Below, piece by piece: positions 47,017 to 60,993 of a DNA stretch of 64,000 bases (position 1 is its first letter; each line of letters begins with the position of its first letter). The DNA comes from Marsupella aquatica (lineage: Eukaryota > Plantae > Marchantiophyta), in assembly GCA_973895155.1 (NCBI GenBank), contig OZ316893.1, positions 4,322,490 to 4,386,489 on the forward strand, given 5' to 3'. Under the pieces are notes generated by a model, which saw nothing but the letters and a program-made list of their open reading frames with translations, was not told where the DNA came from and did no database searches. A program made the translations under genes and the position numbers.

Positions 47017-50000
47017 GGGCCGTTACAGCAGTCCCAAACTAAACGTACATGACCCCTAGGGAACTTTGTTACAGTGTTGTTTCTGATCAATCATTTGCTA
47101 GGTTAGCTGGCCAAAACAGCTGTGAGCCACTGCACTTTGCGTGAGCTTCAAAATGCTCTGGCTGGGCAACAGTTTAGCCTGCCTACACTGCGTAGGTTGC
47201 CCGAGTGCATGCTTTCGATGGCTCTGGCTGACCTCAGTCTCTCAAATCCTTGACAAGCAGGACGACGGATCGATCCTTTTCATATGTCGACCGTATTTTC
47301 AACACCTTGGCTAGCTTGCATTGTGGTATTGAAGACCTCGAACACGGGATAAGTGCAGCAGAGCGGGGAACTTGTAAGATACCTACTATAATAAATTCCT
47401 TTTATGTCTGGACCAAGCATCTCTTTGGCTACGGTACATTAAATATTGTAGGCCTTTCCCGATCGAATTGAAGCAGATGGTAAGTTTATCCAGGAGATCG
47501 AGTAACAGAGCCACATATTGCTCGGCTTCGAGGTTGTAATTCCACCTTAATTAATCTTTTCCGTGCAGAAGCTCGCAGAAGATCTATATACAGACTACAC
47601 TGCCTTTAAAATGGATCGCCACTCTGAGTCTAAGGCTTGTCAGAACAACTTTTCCTTCATATAGCAACCAGATTCTCGATGAGGTCTTCAATTTATCCTT
47701 TTTAAGTCGTTCACGCAGGTTAGGGCCCAATGATCCTCGAACAGTTTGCACACTATTGAGCTTACAATCCTTTAAATGTTGGCCGATGTCGCGGCCCTAC
47801 ACGTGGGCCTACACGATCCAGCCAATTATTGTCAGTATCTTACAACTACCTCGTTGTACTGCAGCTGATCCCCCGTGTTCCAGGTCTTCAACGTCTTAAC
47901 GCCACAATGCAATCTAGTCAAAGGGTTGGAGATACGATCGATATAAGCAAAGGAACTGAACGTTCGCAGGACCTGAAGCTGATCATGGTCAGTTGCCGCC
48001 AAAATGATGGAATTGTGTTTCCACCAAATTCTATGAGTTTAGTTGAAGTGAAGAACTTGCCTTCTCCATGTATTTGTCTGGAAAATTTAATTTCGATTGA
48101 GCCGGCAGACGAATATTCTCAGACTGTACCCTGTCTCAGACTCCCACTCCTACTTATCAAAATCGCAAAATCCTGGACGACTCAGTCAAACTTGACACAA
48201 ACGCCTCAAACAAGAGACGCAGAATCCGTCGCCAGACCAGAAAGCCGGACCAGCTGCTAACGTGGCGCTTGCACACTCAGTTTACCCAACCCTACCTGTC
48301 ACCTAGTCAATGTTGGATTGGTTCCCAATCTTACTCTGCAGGTGAGGTTTACAATGTGTTTGCAGTCAGGCCTTTTCAGGTAGTTCCATTGTAGTGGTAC
48401 CTATCTTCATTATGCTTAATTCAGCAATCTTAATGCCCGACTTCATGGTCTGCCTTCAAGTTTAAATTCAGATCGATGGTTAAGGTAAATTTCACGCACC
48501 GAAGGTGGGGCTCAGCCAAGCATAGCGCTGTTGCGAGAACTGACGGCTATATCAAATATGTGCTGTGGATAGATTTAATTCAGAACTGAAGACTCGTAAC
48601 ATCTGAATCTTTTCCGGAGTATGTGATTATGTTAGCTTGACAGTTTCCAGAGGAGGGCAATGCGAACATGTGCGTTTGTGTTGTGTAAGCCACAACCTTG
48701 TGTTGATCGACTGGTTATCACCTTCAGACAAGGGCATATTTGATTGCATCGTTCAAATATGACATTGAATGGAGTAATTATGGGCCATAAGGATTTCCAT
48801 GACGTTTTCTTGATACGTTCAATTCACGACATGACTCTAGACGGTGTCAATCGCACACCACCTAGAGACCGTGCGAGCGCTCGTTAGATCTGCGATTCAG
48901 CTTGATAATCTGAGTCGCTGGTGCATTGTTATAGCAATTCAACGCCGGTTCTCGATGAGGGACAGTGACCGAAGGAATCCAGTTTTGTGGATATCGCGAC
49001 GTGTTGGGTACTTTGGGAACTTCGCCAACTCGTGCATATATATACAGTAGAATATGCCACTTTCACTGTTGAGTATAATTCGGTAAGGTGTTGACAAAAC
49101 CGATCAGTACGTCCCAGACTTTAGATTCCTGGAGGCTAAAATTCTAATGGACTCCAGTCTTAGAAATATATATCAGCGGTCCTTTCAGGGCCATTTGTAT
49201 ACATCAGCGCAGCTCTGATGGATGCACGCCGACCACCTGGTGCGGGGAAACTTCAGCACGACCTGGTGCTTGTTCATGATCATAGATATATATATAAAAC
49301 GTTACATATATATCAGCAGCTAGAGTCCGGTATGCGTCCAGCTACATCTGTGCCTAATTCGGATATGACCTCGGACATGCAGCTTTATGCGAGCTAGGAA
49401 GCCATAGCGAGAGCGAGCGGGGAAGCAGAGGGAGAGACTCATGCAAGCAGGAAAACTGAGGAGCGTAGGAGAAACAGGACTGGAGCGTGCAGTCGACAAG
49501 GGAACTCCAATATGATGATCGTGCCTTTGAAGGTAAGGACCATGCATAGTCGTGCCAGGACTTGGCTAGACATGTACGCACTCTTGCTAGAGTACCAATT
49601 GAAAAGTGAATTTAAGTAAAAAGTATGCCAAATCCAAGTGGCTGAGCGCCATCTGCTTACGTTATGTTTGCAACGAACCCATTTCAGAGAATTCCATTCC
49701 AAGAAGCAGCGCGCAGATGTGCGTCGTGACTTATGAGCTGCAAATGGTTAGTTTGAGGTGGTCTAACGTATAGACCTGTGGCTCCAAAGAGGCACCATAT
49801 AAGTCCTACCTAGCTCCAGCCTCTGTATCCCTCGTTTCAAGACTGATTCCTCCTAGATGTGGAGGCTCTCTCGGTAGTCTGCCCTCATTCTTATTAGTTC
49901 TGGCTGCTCCATAAAAGGGCATGGAAGTGGGGGCGATTGGTTAGTCGATCCGAGGCTTCAATTTCTTGCATTCGACGTCAAAGTTCCATCTCATTCGCTC

Positions 50001-51625
50001 AAATCTAAAGTCTATGACAACATAGCACATGAAAGAACCCTACAATCACGGTAAAAGTGTTGTTGGTGGATGTATGTTAGCTCAGACGTACCATGAACAA
50101 TAGAACTAGAGTGCTGATGACTCGTCACAGCGCTTGATTAGAATGATTGTAATGTCTAGTATGGGACACTAGTGTCGGAGAGAGTATATATCTGCAGCTA
50201 GGCACACGTACGAACGACGCCCTGACTTCCAGTAATTGATTTTGAATACATCCGACAGTCGCACCGACTGAGTTCGAGCAAATATAATGACATTTGGTAT
50301 AATTATGTAGAATCTCATCCACTATAAAGCATGGTTTGACCGTGTCAAGTCTTGTACAGAAAACCTGAGCAGTTTGGTTGAGAAAAGTCGTTGAAGCCTC
50401 AAGTGCATGCTCAGGCATAGTTATGGTGTGTGTGGGGGTGGGCATGTCGGTCCGTAGCTGAGTCCATCCACCGCGTGTTACTAGTCTATCGGTTGATTTG
50501 TCTCACACTATTTGCGGTAGATTCAGTTTAAAAGCTTTTCGAATCGTGCGAATCGAAAAGTGAAGGTAACACACGGTCCAGAAAAGAAGACGGTTTTAAC
50601 TTTTCTTCTGTGAGACATGATTGTTCTTTGTCAACATCTGATTTAACTGCTGCAGCATTAGTCTTCAGCTGACGTTAGTTCGGATCGATAGGTATACAGT
50701 GGTCTACCTCCCATTGAATCTGGGATAGGAAATTTGCTCTCATCAGAAGTGACCGCAAATAATGTTAAGCGGTTTAGTTGAAATTTATGCAGCGATGTCA
50801 CGTGGAGAGGTAGAATTGTGGTTAGTCTGCAGCACCAGGTTGAATAGCCCTTCTAGATATGATTCATTACAACTTGGAGTGTGAGTGCCTAATCCAATGT
50901 GTTCACTTTGTAATCCAGAGTTTATCACTTGTATATGAGGAACCGGTGACCTCAGTTTGGTATATATAGTCTAGATTCACCAGAGAGCCCGACTTTGGCT
51001 GAGAACAGTCGTTGCCTTAATATGCTATTGCTATTGCTCAGCGGAGATATAGATAATCCAATCTGCACGAGTATGGATTCCTTTCCACTTATATGTCAGC
51101 TTAGAGCTTCACGTAGCAGTTTCTTGCCTCATATCAGCAATGGACCTGCAGAGAGCATCATACAGACATAATTACGTAGCGTTTTAACTTGAATAGTTTT
51201 TCAATTTTCCATTTGAGGATGTTGTTGTTCGGTCAATATGAGTTGTGCGCATCGATCACAGAGTAAGTACTGCAAACGAGCTGTCTTTTGAAATTTTTTC
51301 GTCAACATTACTCTGTACATGATCGACACTCACTCGCATCTACACTCACTCTGCCTTTGGGTCTACTGCTGATACTTCAATTATTGTTGTGCAGCTGCAG
51401 CCCACACCGACGAGTGACAATGCCGACCTCTGCAGACTCGGGGTGTATAATGGGCGAAGAAGTTTATCCACGTTTACTCCTCGTCAGGCGTCATGTTGCG
51501 CTTCTTTTCGTGAGCGAGGTCCTCCGCCCCATCTGCTCCTGCAGCAGCACCGGGACTGGTCGGTTTGGAGGTCGAAGGCCAACAAAGCCGAGGCCCGGGG
51601 GCGAGGTTGCCGCGGGAACTGCTCG

Positions 51626-54600
51626 ATGGCCCCAACTCCCAGAAACGAATCTGTCTTTGGTGGCGGAGGAAGGCTTCCATTGGGGGTACCCAACGCTAGT
51701 TCGAACAACACGGGGGACCTAGCTACAGTTCAGGTGGTGGATAACGCTTTCAATGTTGCTTCGGGTGCGGCTGTGGCGATAAGCGGGCAAGCTATCGATT
51801 CTGAAGTGGATGTAGTAGTTCCCACCGAAGAATTTCGTAGAACTGCTCTAATATCATCCAAGCAAGAGGTACTCAGTGCACGTTTGACATCGCCGAGCTC
51901 GTAATTTTGATGCTTTAGTCTGCCAATTTTCGTGAGCTTTCCAGTCTACCGTGTTCCGTTCTGCGCGATCCATACCTCTTCAAGCATTGATGAAAGCTCA
52001 GGTCCTCATTTCTGACCGGGAGTTGTAAGCGACTGGAACAAGTCTTAATGATCTTCGTTTTCTGAATTCCAAGTAAAAAGCGTCGTAGATTTGCGTTCCC
52101 GGAAACACAATGTAAATTTTCTGAGACAGGTTGGAGTTCTGTACTAATCATCCAGTCAATCACTCCAGTTACTGTGTTGGTCTGACTTACTCATCGACGG
52201 GATCTTGCTGGCCTTAATTTGCAGTACGATGTGTTGTACAAGAAGTCAGTTGAGGACCCTGATAGCTTTTGGAGTGAAATTGCGTCCCAATTCTACTGGA
52301 AAACCAAGTGGGAAGTGAATGATGGAAAAATCCACGACGAGAATTTTGATGTCCGCAAGGGCCCCGTTGCTGTTGAGGTAGTTACAGGACTTTGATAGTT
52401 GACTAAAACTGCTGCAGCGAAGAGTTTAGGGGAATATCTTCTTCCCGCCAATCCCACTTGTTCATTTGCGTAATTTGGCTGTTACAAGTAACTGATTGTC
52501 ATCCAAGGTCATTATATGTTGAACTGACTCGATGAGGAATGTCGTTTTGAAAATCTTTCTAGAGGCAGCCTTACTGAGACAAAAGACTCCGGCCTAACGT
52601 GCTTCAACTGTGGTGTCGCTTTAGTGGTTCAAAGGTGGCAAGACAAATATTTGTTACAATGCGGTCGACAGACATGTGGAATCCAGGGGTGATGATATCG
52701 CCCTCATTTGGGAGGGAAACGAGCCAGGATATGACAGCAAGCTAACATTTCGGCAGCTTAAAGACGAGGTTTGCCGGGTAATGGACTTACCTTGGTGATT
52801 CTTCATTTTTTCCTGCAGCTGAGTGCTGTAGCGCTTGACCGTACAATAGTTCAGTCTCAAGTCTTCTGATTTGGATTTGTGGTTCATCGTATATCTTCTC
52901 AACGGACTTGATGTACTTAACGTGGTGTGTTCTGAATTGTGCAAACGTTCACTTCTTCTGATCTGGAGTTGTTGAGACAAGCTTACGGTCGCTTCTAACG
53001 TTTTGCGGGGTTGTCTGTTTTGCCTAACCCAGGTCGCAAATTATCTTCGCTCTGTCGGGGTGGGCAAAGGCGACGCCGTCGTTATTTACATGCCTATGTT
53101 GATGGAGTTGCCGGTAGCAATGCTGGCCTGTGCTCGAATTGGAGCGGTCCACTCGGTATGTAGCTGGATTTTGATGTGGGCGCCTCATTGCTCCAGAACA
53201 TGACTCTCTGATCCGTTTCCATTAGTCACGGATATGGAAAATATGGAAATTTTCAAATATCGAAATATGGAAAATTTGAGCGTTCTCTGCGCTGATTGGG
53301 GAACCTATGATTTCGGTCATAGAACGTAGGTTGCCAAGTAGTTGAATTTGATATAGGTGCAGGTCTCTGCCTTCCGAATGGGAGAAAGTAATGCAGAGCT
53401 GGAGACAATTATATTCCATCGTCCCTTACATAGCCTCGAATATCTGCTCAGGTTGTCTTTGCAGGCTTTTCGGCAGATGCACTTGCTCAACGGATTCTGG
53501 ACTTCCAGCCTAAGGTTGTATTGACAGCCAATGGCGTAATGCGAGGTGCAAAGTCAATAGATGTCAAAGGAATCGTTGACGGCTCTTTGCATATTGCTAG
53601 CAAGAACGGATTTTCTGTAGGTAAGCCTTTTCTTAAACTCCTTTGGAGAGATTGACCGAATTCTCGAGTAGGCTTGTGATTCAAAATGAGAATTAGATCC
53701 ACCGTGATGTGAAACAAAGATCAAGTTGAGGGCGTGCTCCCAATCTAGAGACCAGGACAGCCGTCAAATAACCTTAGAGGTTGCTGTCTTACTTAATTAC
53801 AATTCGGAGAAACTTAGCGGTTTCTGATCTTGTCGCCTACATTCACCACCCAAACATTATAATTGTCCTGGACTTCCTGCGCCAAGACCAGTCAATGCCC
53901 TTGTCTGGGAACGAGCAAAGTCTGTCATGGGATTGTGCACGTTGCTGGAGCACCTCTGCTCATGGGAAGGGTTTTCTTTGCAGCGAATTGGCAGTTTCTG
54001 GCCTGCTTGATTTCTGAGCAATATTATGATTACTGTTGTTTCTCCAGATACGGTTTTGGTGTATGCCAACGATGTAGCCATGTCAAGAAAAGAAACAGCT
54101 TTTCAAGCTGGAAGAGATGTGTGGTGGCAGGTCAGTACAAATACGGCTCGTTGGCTGGGCATCCAACGATAGAATAGAGAAGTTAACCTAGCCTTAAACA
54201 TCCATTTTACGTATACGTATCTCTATCCCTACAGACGCTCCGAAGGGTTGTGTTGTGGAGAACGAAACCCTGGCGGTTCTGAGAACGAAACATGTCCTGT
54301 TGAACCAGGTTCTGAAGATATTTGCTATGGAAATGAACCTTCATTTCGTTCTCAAACACGAAATATTCCTTGTATGCAATTCTTTGAAGGAGTTTCTCCG
54401 AGTCTGGTAATTGTGCTACGGACCAACTGGCGCTCCAACTGCCTGACTGGATTATATATGTTAGTCTTTGGACCGTTCACGTTCCTTGTGACCTGTTTCA
54501 GGATGTTATACCCACCCATTCCACCCAATGTGCAATTGAGTGGGTTGATGCTGAAGACCCTTTGTTTCTGCTCTACACAAGTGGAAGTACGGGCAAGCCC

Positions 54601-57600
54601 AAGGTAAGGTAAATAGTCATGCGGTTGAAAATTTCAGAGTCCACTAGTTACCAATGGAGCAGTCTTGACGTGTAAATCGCCAAGAATAACGTATCAGAAG
54701 GCTCCTCTACAGGATCATACTAGTACAATTAATTGTGATTGCAAGCTGAATCTTCACAAGTTGTGGTAGGCTATGCTTTTATGTTCGGACATTCCAGGTT
54801 ACATCTAGCTGCTGTACAGTGTGGTTCTTGGCAAAATTGTTCCCTCGATGTGTGAAAGGTGTTCACTCACAGTGCAAGGTGATATTGCAGTAGAGTACTT
54901 TTATATAAGACCTAGCTATGTGGACTTGCTGTAATGAGTGATTGCGATGATCGTCAGGGTGTTGTGCACACCACGGGAGGTTACATGGTTTGGACTGCCA
55001 CCACTTTCAAATATGCGTTCGATTATCATCCTGGTGACATATTCTGGTAAGGATTGTAACTTTGTTCAAAGTTTGTTGCCAAGCATCAATTGATTTCTTC
55101 ATGATTCTAAGTAATCATTAATTGATGGGTCTCAATTGCAATGACCATCGGGCTGTTTGAGATAGAGCTCTGAAATGTTTGATTTTGTAGGTGTACAGCA
55201 GATTGTGGATGGATCACTGGACACAGTTACCTCACTTACGGTCCTCTGCTCAACGGAGCTACCGTACTAGTTTTTGAAGGGGTAATGATGCTGTCCTGGA
55301 CCGTCCGAGGCTGACTTGTTTTCGGTAGAATCACATTTGTGGATATTGTCTACTTATTCTAGTCTGGAAAATGCTACACATTCGGTTCAGACTTGACTTC
55401 AAGGAGACCAAGCAGCGTCAACTTAACAGGATTGGCGGGAGCCTAATACATGATTTGGAAAATTCTCTGGTTTGCTCTGTTACTCCACAGGTTCCAACTT
55501 ACCCAAACGAGGGCCGATGTTGGGAGATAGTAGACAAGTACAATGTTAGCATATTCTATACTGCTCCAACAGCAATTAGGTCTCTCATGCGAGCTGGAGA
55601 CGGGGTAAGTCTCACTCCCAACCAACGGTTCCTTTACTAACGATATTGAACCTTCTGACTTTTCCCTAGTGAATTGGATCATAAACTCACAGTGGAAGGA
55701 ATCTCAGCGGGATCTATGACCGTCGTAACATATTTAGACTACCAGCACAGAAAACTCTCAAGTGAGAATTAACGAAAGCTTGCAGAAGCTGATATAAGTA
55801 ATTAATGAACTTTCTAAGAGAGGCTTCTGTGTATGTTGTGGGAGCTGTTTGATATTCCTGGACATACAGGTACTTTTTTAGCAAGTCGTAATTTTGATAC
55901 GGATGGCAGAACTTGTCGACAATGTTTTACAAATCTTTCCTTCTTTTAGGATACTAATATGAAACATGCAGTGAAGGTGAATTTTCTTTGTGATTTGTAA
56001 CCTTCCAGCCTGTGAAGAAGTATTCGCGGAGGTCCTTGCGGGTGCTAGGAAGCGTTGGAGAGCCCATTAATCCGAGTGCATGGAGGTTCGCTCTCTCCGC
56101 CCGTCAGTGTTCCCACTGATGTCTTTGTTTGCAATCAGTCCGGACACGTGCAATTAGAAGCCATTGATTGTCCTTACTGCGACAGAAGTCAGTCTTCTCC
56201 CTCTGCAGGGACTTCTAAGTCAAAAAGATTTGGCGTTTGTTTTCCTGTCTTTTTGAGACGGATTGTCTGAGCTTTAACTGTATTTGACTGTCGATGAAGA
56301 CACAAATCGTTTTGCAAGCACTTAATCAGATTACGCACTCGCTAGACAGCTGATTGGCGTCAGATGCCCTAAAACATACAGGAGTCCTTTAATTCGCGAA
56401 GCTCAACCATAGGATTAGGCAGAACACAGCTCGAGCTCTGCAATGACAAGTTGGGTACGTGTGAAGGTGGTATCATGACGTAGTGGGGGACGGGCGTTGT
56501 CCAATCAGCGATACGTGGTGGCAAACTGAGACTGGTGGCTTTATGGTATGATTACTAACCTTCATGAGAACCGTTTATAAGCGACCGGAAAAGTACTCTA
56601 CTTGCATTCATTCCACGATTTCTTAGCACCTGGGATACGTTTATGGAGCCGGTTTGCGGATCCTCATCAGTGATGTTGCATTGCAGATCACACCAATCCC
56701 CGGCGCCTGGCCTCTGAAGCCAGGATCTGCGACATTTCCTTTCTTTGGAGTTCAGGTCATTCAAAATTTCCTTTTCCTAGCTGCCATTGCATGGAATGTT
56801 TTGAAAACTTTCTGTAAACTTACGCTTAGAATCAATGAAACCCCATTCTGTGACCTCTTGGGGGTTTCTTTCCAAATATACTCGATTGAATTAGTATAGG
56901 TGATTCGACAAACTCTCGGGGGAACTCTCTATGGCTTTAGTACTGAAACAATTGAAACTGGCATGTCAGCCTGCAATCGTTGACCAAGATGGAAAGGAAC
57001 TCGAAGGGGAGTGCAGTGGGTATCTCTGCATGAAGGCCTCATGGCCCGGCACTTTCAGAACCCTGTATGGGGATCATTCACGATACGAGACAACATACTT
57101 CGCACCTTTCAAAGGATATTATTTCAGCGGCGATGGCTGCCTCAGGTGGGATCTGCTCTGCTAAGAAACATTTTAGTTGACATATTCCTAACCAATTGCG
57201 CAAGGATCTGAATGCCCGTCTGAATGCCTGTGGACGTGACGTATTTCTCAACGTATTTTGAACCCTATGATATCTACAGGGATAAAGATGGCTACTACTG
57301 GCTGACGGGAAGAGTGGATGATGTCATTAATGTCAGGTGTGAATCTTGTTCAATTGGGTGTGACAATGCTTTTGTCCAGTGTTAGATTTCTCTTCTTAGT
57401 TTTGAGGTGAAGCTAGTGAACCTCGTTCCAAATGTCGACTCTGTTCAAAGCTGCTGATGCGAACGGGTTGTGGGGATCTCAGTGGCCACCGAGTTGGCAG
57501 TGCAGAAGTCGAATCGGCTCTTGTCTCACATCCTCAAGCTGCTGAAGCGGCTGTAGTCGGATATGATCATCAGGTATGGACTGGAACTTGATGAACATCA

Positions 57601-58276
57601 AGCCAATGATCCATTTTGTAGGAGTTGCAGTATAGTTACCAATTCCCTGATCGCTGGAATGGTTTATCCACAAGGCCCTTCAGAATGAATATGGGTACTT
57701 CTTGCTGAATGTGAGAATTGAGTCTTGGATTCTGAACGGCGTGGTACTGTGAATTTCAATTAAGTTTTCCTAGTATAACCTTATGGCTGGGATGACATTG
57801 AGTGACTTTGAGATGCAGGTCAAAGGGCAGGGCATCTATGCATTCGTTACCCTTCTAGAAGGCGTGGAATACAGCGATGAACTGAGGAAGAATTTAGTTG
57901 CAAGAGTTCGAGCTCAGGTGGATTTCTTGTAATTCTGGGGATGGGTGAACGCCTTTTCTAGTTCACCATTCATTACCACAGGTTCCTTGCTTGGACGTTT
58001 TCCGCTGAATAACGCCCCTCATACATCAATGCAATTACTTTGTAACGACATAATCCACTTTCTGACCGTATTTGATCTTTGTTTGAACAGATCGGTCCTT
58101 TTGCTGCGCCTGACAAGATTCATTGGGCTCCTGGTTTACCCAAGACAAGGAGTGGCAAGATCATGCGCAGAATTTTACGAAAGATAGCTTCTAATGAGAT
58201 TGACCAATTAGGTGATGTGAGTACTTTAGCTGATCCGAAAGTTGTGGATCAACTCATTTCCCTCCGAGATAAGTAG
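51626..58276 (+). CDS. ACS: Acetyl-CoA synthetase (AMP-forming), 18 coding exons: 51626-51868, 52225-52377, 52625-52777, 53033-53155, 53452-53620, 54048-54130, 54502-54603, 54958-55046, 55191-55281, 55491-55604, 56009-56085, 56467-56545, 56687-56755, 56970-57145, 57280-57336, 57483-57573, 57819-57917, 58091-58276
   Basis: Motifs [108 protein letters not shown]. All GT-AG junctions keep the frame. The true start may be upstream (frame open from ~51389). Confidence 0.96.
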
Positions 58277-58319
58277 GGCTTTCTGGCCACCAGGCCATTA
58301 TCTTTCGTTACTTCTAAAC

Positions 58320-58370
58320 TTAAATGATAGTACGGGGGTCATACTAAAATGATAGTAGGGGGGTCATACT
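58320..58370 (+). repeat. 25-bp tandem duplication in the ACS 3' UTR
   Basis: aaatgatagtacgggggtcatacta / aaatgatagtaggggggtcatacta. Confidence 0.8.
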
Positions 58371-59391
58371 ATAACTGTCGATAGAATTTATCTAGGATTT
58401 CGTTCTTCCGTAAGGACTTAGCCTGTCAGATACCATCTCATTCTTATATGTACGTGTTTGACCAGTCTTGTAAGTTAAATTTGAATTATGGTCAAGCTAT
58501 CTATTCATATTCTGCTGCTTCCCAAACTCATGTACTTCATTCCGCGTTGTACTTTTTTCGTTCCATCTGTCTTGTCCAGCATTTCTTTCCTGTATTCCTT
58601 TCTGACGCCCCTGCACAAATTTTTCATCATCGCCCACCATTTTCTCGTCGCCTGTGTAACCAACATGCGTTCTCAGGGCAATGATGTCCAATTCATCGAA
58701 CCGATTTGTTATGATAATTTCACATCAATTGATCAAGACTCCACATCCAATCCTCCTTGGAAGTCAATAGAACATTGGCAAACTTAACACAAAGGCGGCA
58801 GAGATTCCTCACTCAGTTGATTCCAACAATGTTTACCGGTCAAGTTTTTAGTGACTAGACTTTGGAACTGTACTTCGTGTACATCATCACTTGCATCAGC
58901 CGACTCACGAAGGCTGAAGGAAACCTGTGGAAATATTCAAAAGCTAAGCCAAGTGTCTACTGTAGTAGCAGGCTGAAAGGAACACTGACTCATGAATCTT
59001 TCCCCGTGTATCACTGAAGATGCCACAGGGCACGTCCCGCCTGTAGCTAAAACAAGGGCTCAAATTTAGAGACAAAAATTTATGGTATAGTGAGTTTAAC
59101 TGAGACAGGCATCACCCATCAGCTCCCGATACAATAATATACCCGGATCCTCACGAGTTCGGCGGTAAAGTAGACTGATGTTGATGATAATTTATAGGAG
59201 AACATGATTGCAAGTCTCCCCCAGGAGCAAGCATATCCACATGACGGTCTCTCTGCTCTTGACAAAATCTGCCAGGTGTGCCAGGTGGAAAGGATGACCC
59301 ACTCGAGATAGAGTGCATCACACGGTTTCTCGATCCACTTGGACTTGAGTCCGCAGAATATCAAGCGTTGTAAGTTACCTGCTCGTCCTTA

Positions 59392-59906
59392 CAATGGCAC
59401 TCCTGTTTGGTGTGGGTATCTGGTTGGGGGTACCATGCAAGCAAATAGGAACCCTTCTCCTGGCGTGAGGAGAAAATATTTTCTCGCACTGCCAGCACAG
59501 GATTTCAACCATCCTTTCAATGGCACTCCTGTTTGGTTGGGGGTGTCTGGTTAGGGGTACCATGCAAGCAAACAGGAACTCTTCTCCTGGTGTGAGGAGA
59601 AAATATTTTCTGGCAGGATTTCAAGCTTCCTTTCAATGGCACTCCTGTTTGGTTGGGGGTGTCTGGTTGGGGGTACCATGCAAGCAAACAGGAACTCTTC
59701 TCCTGGTGTGAGGAGAAAATATTTTCTGGCAGGATTTCAAGCTTCCTTTCAATGGCACTCCTGTTTGGTTGGGGGTGTCTGGTTGGGGGTACCATGCAAG
59801 CAAACAGGAACTCTTCTCCTGGTGTGAGGAGAAAATATTTTCTCGCAATCCCAACACAGGATTGCAACCAAACAGGGACTCTCCCGGTGTGAGGAAAACT
59901 TTTCTC
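59392..59906. repeat. Tandem array with a 116-bp unit (~4 copies plus a partial)
   Basis: caatggcactcctgtttgg starts at 59392, 59518, 59634 and 59750 (spacing 126, 116, 116). Confidence 0.95.
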
Positions 59907-60886
59907 GTAGTACCTTATTTTTCCTCATAAGAGAAAGAACTCCTAATTTAATATTCAGCACTATGCTAGCGTCTAGTCCCTTGCTAGCTCATCAAAATTT
60001 AGTTTCAAATATTCTTCATTTGTGTGTTGTTGTTTTTTTCAGAAAATAGGATGTTTGGAGTCCTTTTCTGGCTTGCAAACTCAGGCTTGGCAGAGGCACA
60101 GGAAGGGCTCCACCTACCCAGACTCCCCACCCCTGTGCTCCCTACTCGTCGCTCAGCATGTGGAGTCCTACAAATGCACTAGAAATTCCAAACGTTGGAG
60201 GCTAGCGACCTTGATGATGAAGGGGTGCCTGAGAAACTTGGTAAATTCATAACAAAGTTGGGGACGGCTGTGACTGGTTGGCAATACCCATCATTGTGGG
60301 CTAAACTGCTGACAAAATTCCTGTTTGCTTGCATGTTACAAACCCTCTTTAGATGGCTTTTTCCAAGCATGAAACTAGTGACATGTTAGGTTGAGTGTTG
60401 AGGATGTAAGTTTGATTGGGCAAACTAGTAAGTGGTCCAAGAGTTTGTCCTTGCTTCAAGAATGCTAGACTTGTCATCACAACAATTATTTATCTTATTT
60501 TGTTAAGGAGTGGTAGTGCATTTACAGAGGGCCCACGGTAGATATCGTATTTGAGAGGATGATATACCACAAATAAGTGTAAAGAACTCCAAGGTGGGAA
60601 GAAAGTAACTTAGTTATCTAAGCAACATGGAAGTATTTCAGGACATACTCTTTTTAAGGGCAATAAGCCAATTTATTGACACTCATGAAGCGCCACCAGC
60701 GCCTAGCAGAGGGACAACGAGACCCAGCTGAAAAGGGGCAACCCAAGTAGGAGGTGCAGCACCACCCATAAACGAAGTTACGCATACATGCAAGAGTCAC
60801 TTAGTTAGTGTCTAGCAAGGATGGAAATTAAATGTGTCAGCACTGTTGCTATAAGGAAAAGACTTGTGAGATTCATTAACGTATTA

Positions 60887-60993
60887 ATGTAAGTTCTGGG
60901 TGAAGGGTTTTTCATTTGGGCAATGAACTATCCATTATACTCTTAATAGGTAACATCAACTTTCAAGTTGAACCCTTCACCCAGAACTTACAT
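60887..60993. repeat. Perfect 23-bp inverted repeat with 61-nt spacer
   Basis: atgtaagttctgggtgaagggtt (60887-60909) and aacccttcacccagaacttacat (60971-60993). Confidence 0.9.

Noticed and set aside
49320-49590. Possible fold-back / MIRNA upstream of ACS
   Set aside because: Only weak terminal complementarity and no match to a conserved miRNA I recognise.
33417-58276. LPP-epsilon and ACS as a plastid lipid-metabolism gene cluster
   Set aside because: Only two genes, ~16 kb apart with TE debris between them. Adjacency is plausibly chance without synteny or co-expression data.
59392-59906. CRISPR-like array
   Set aside because: Whole units repeat with no unique spacers, the context is eukaryotic, and there are no cas genes.
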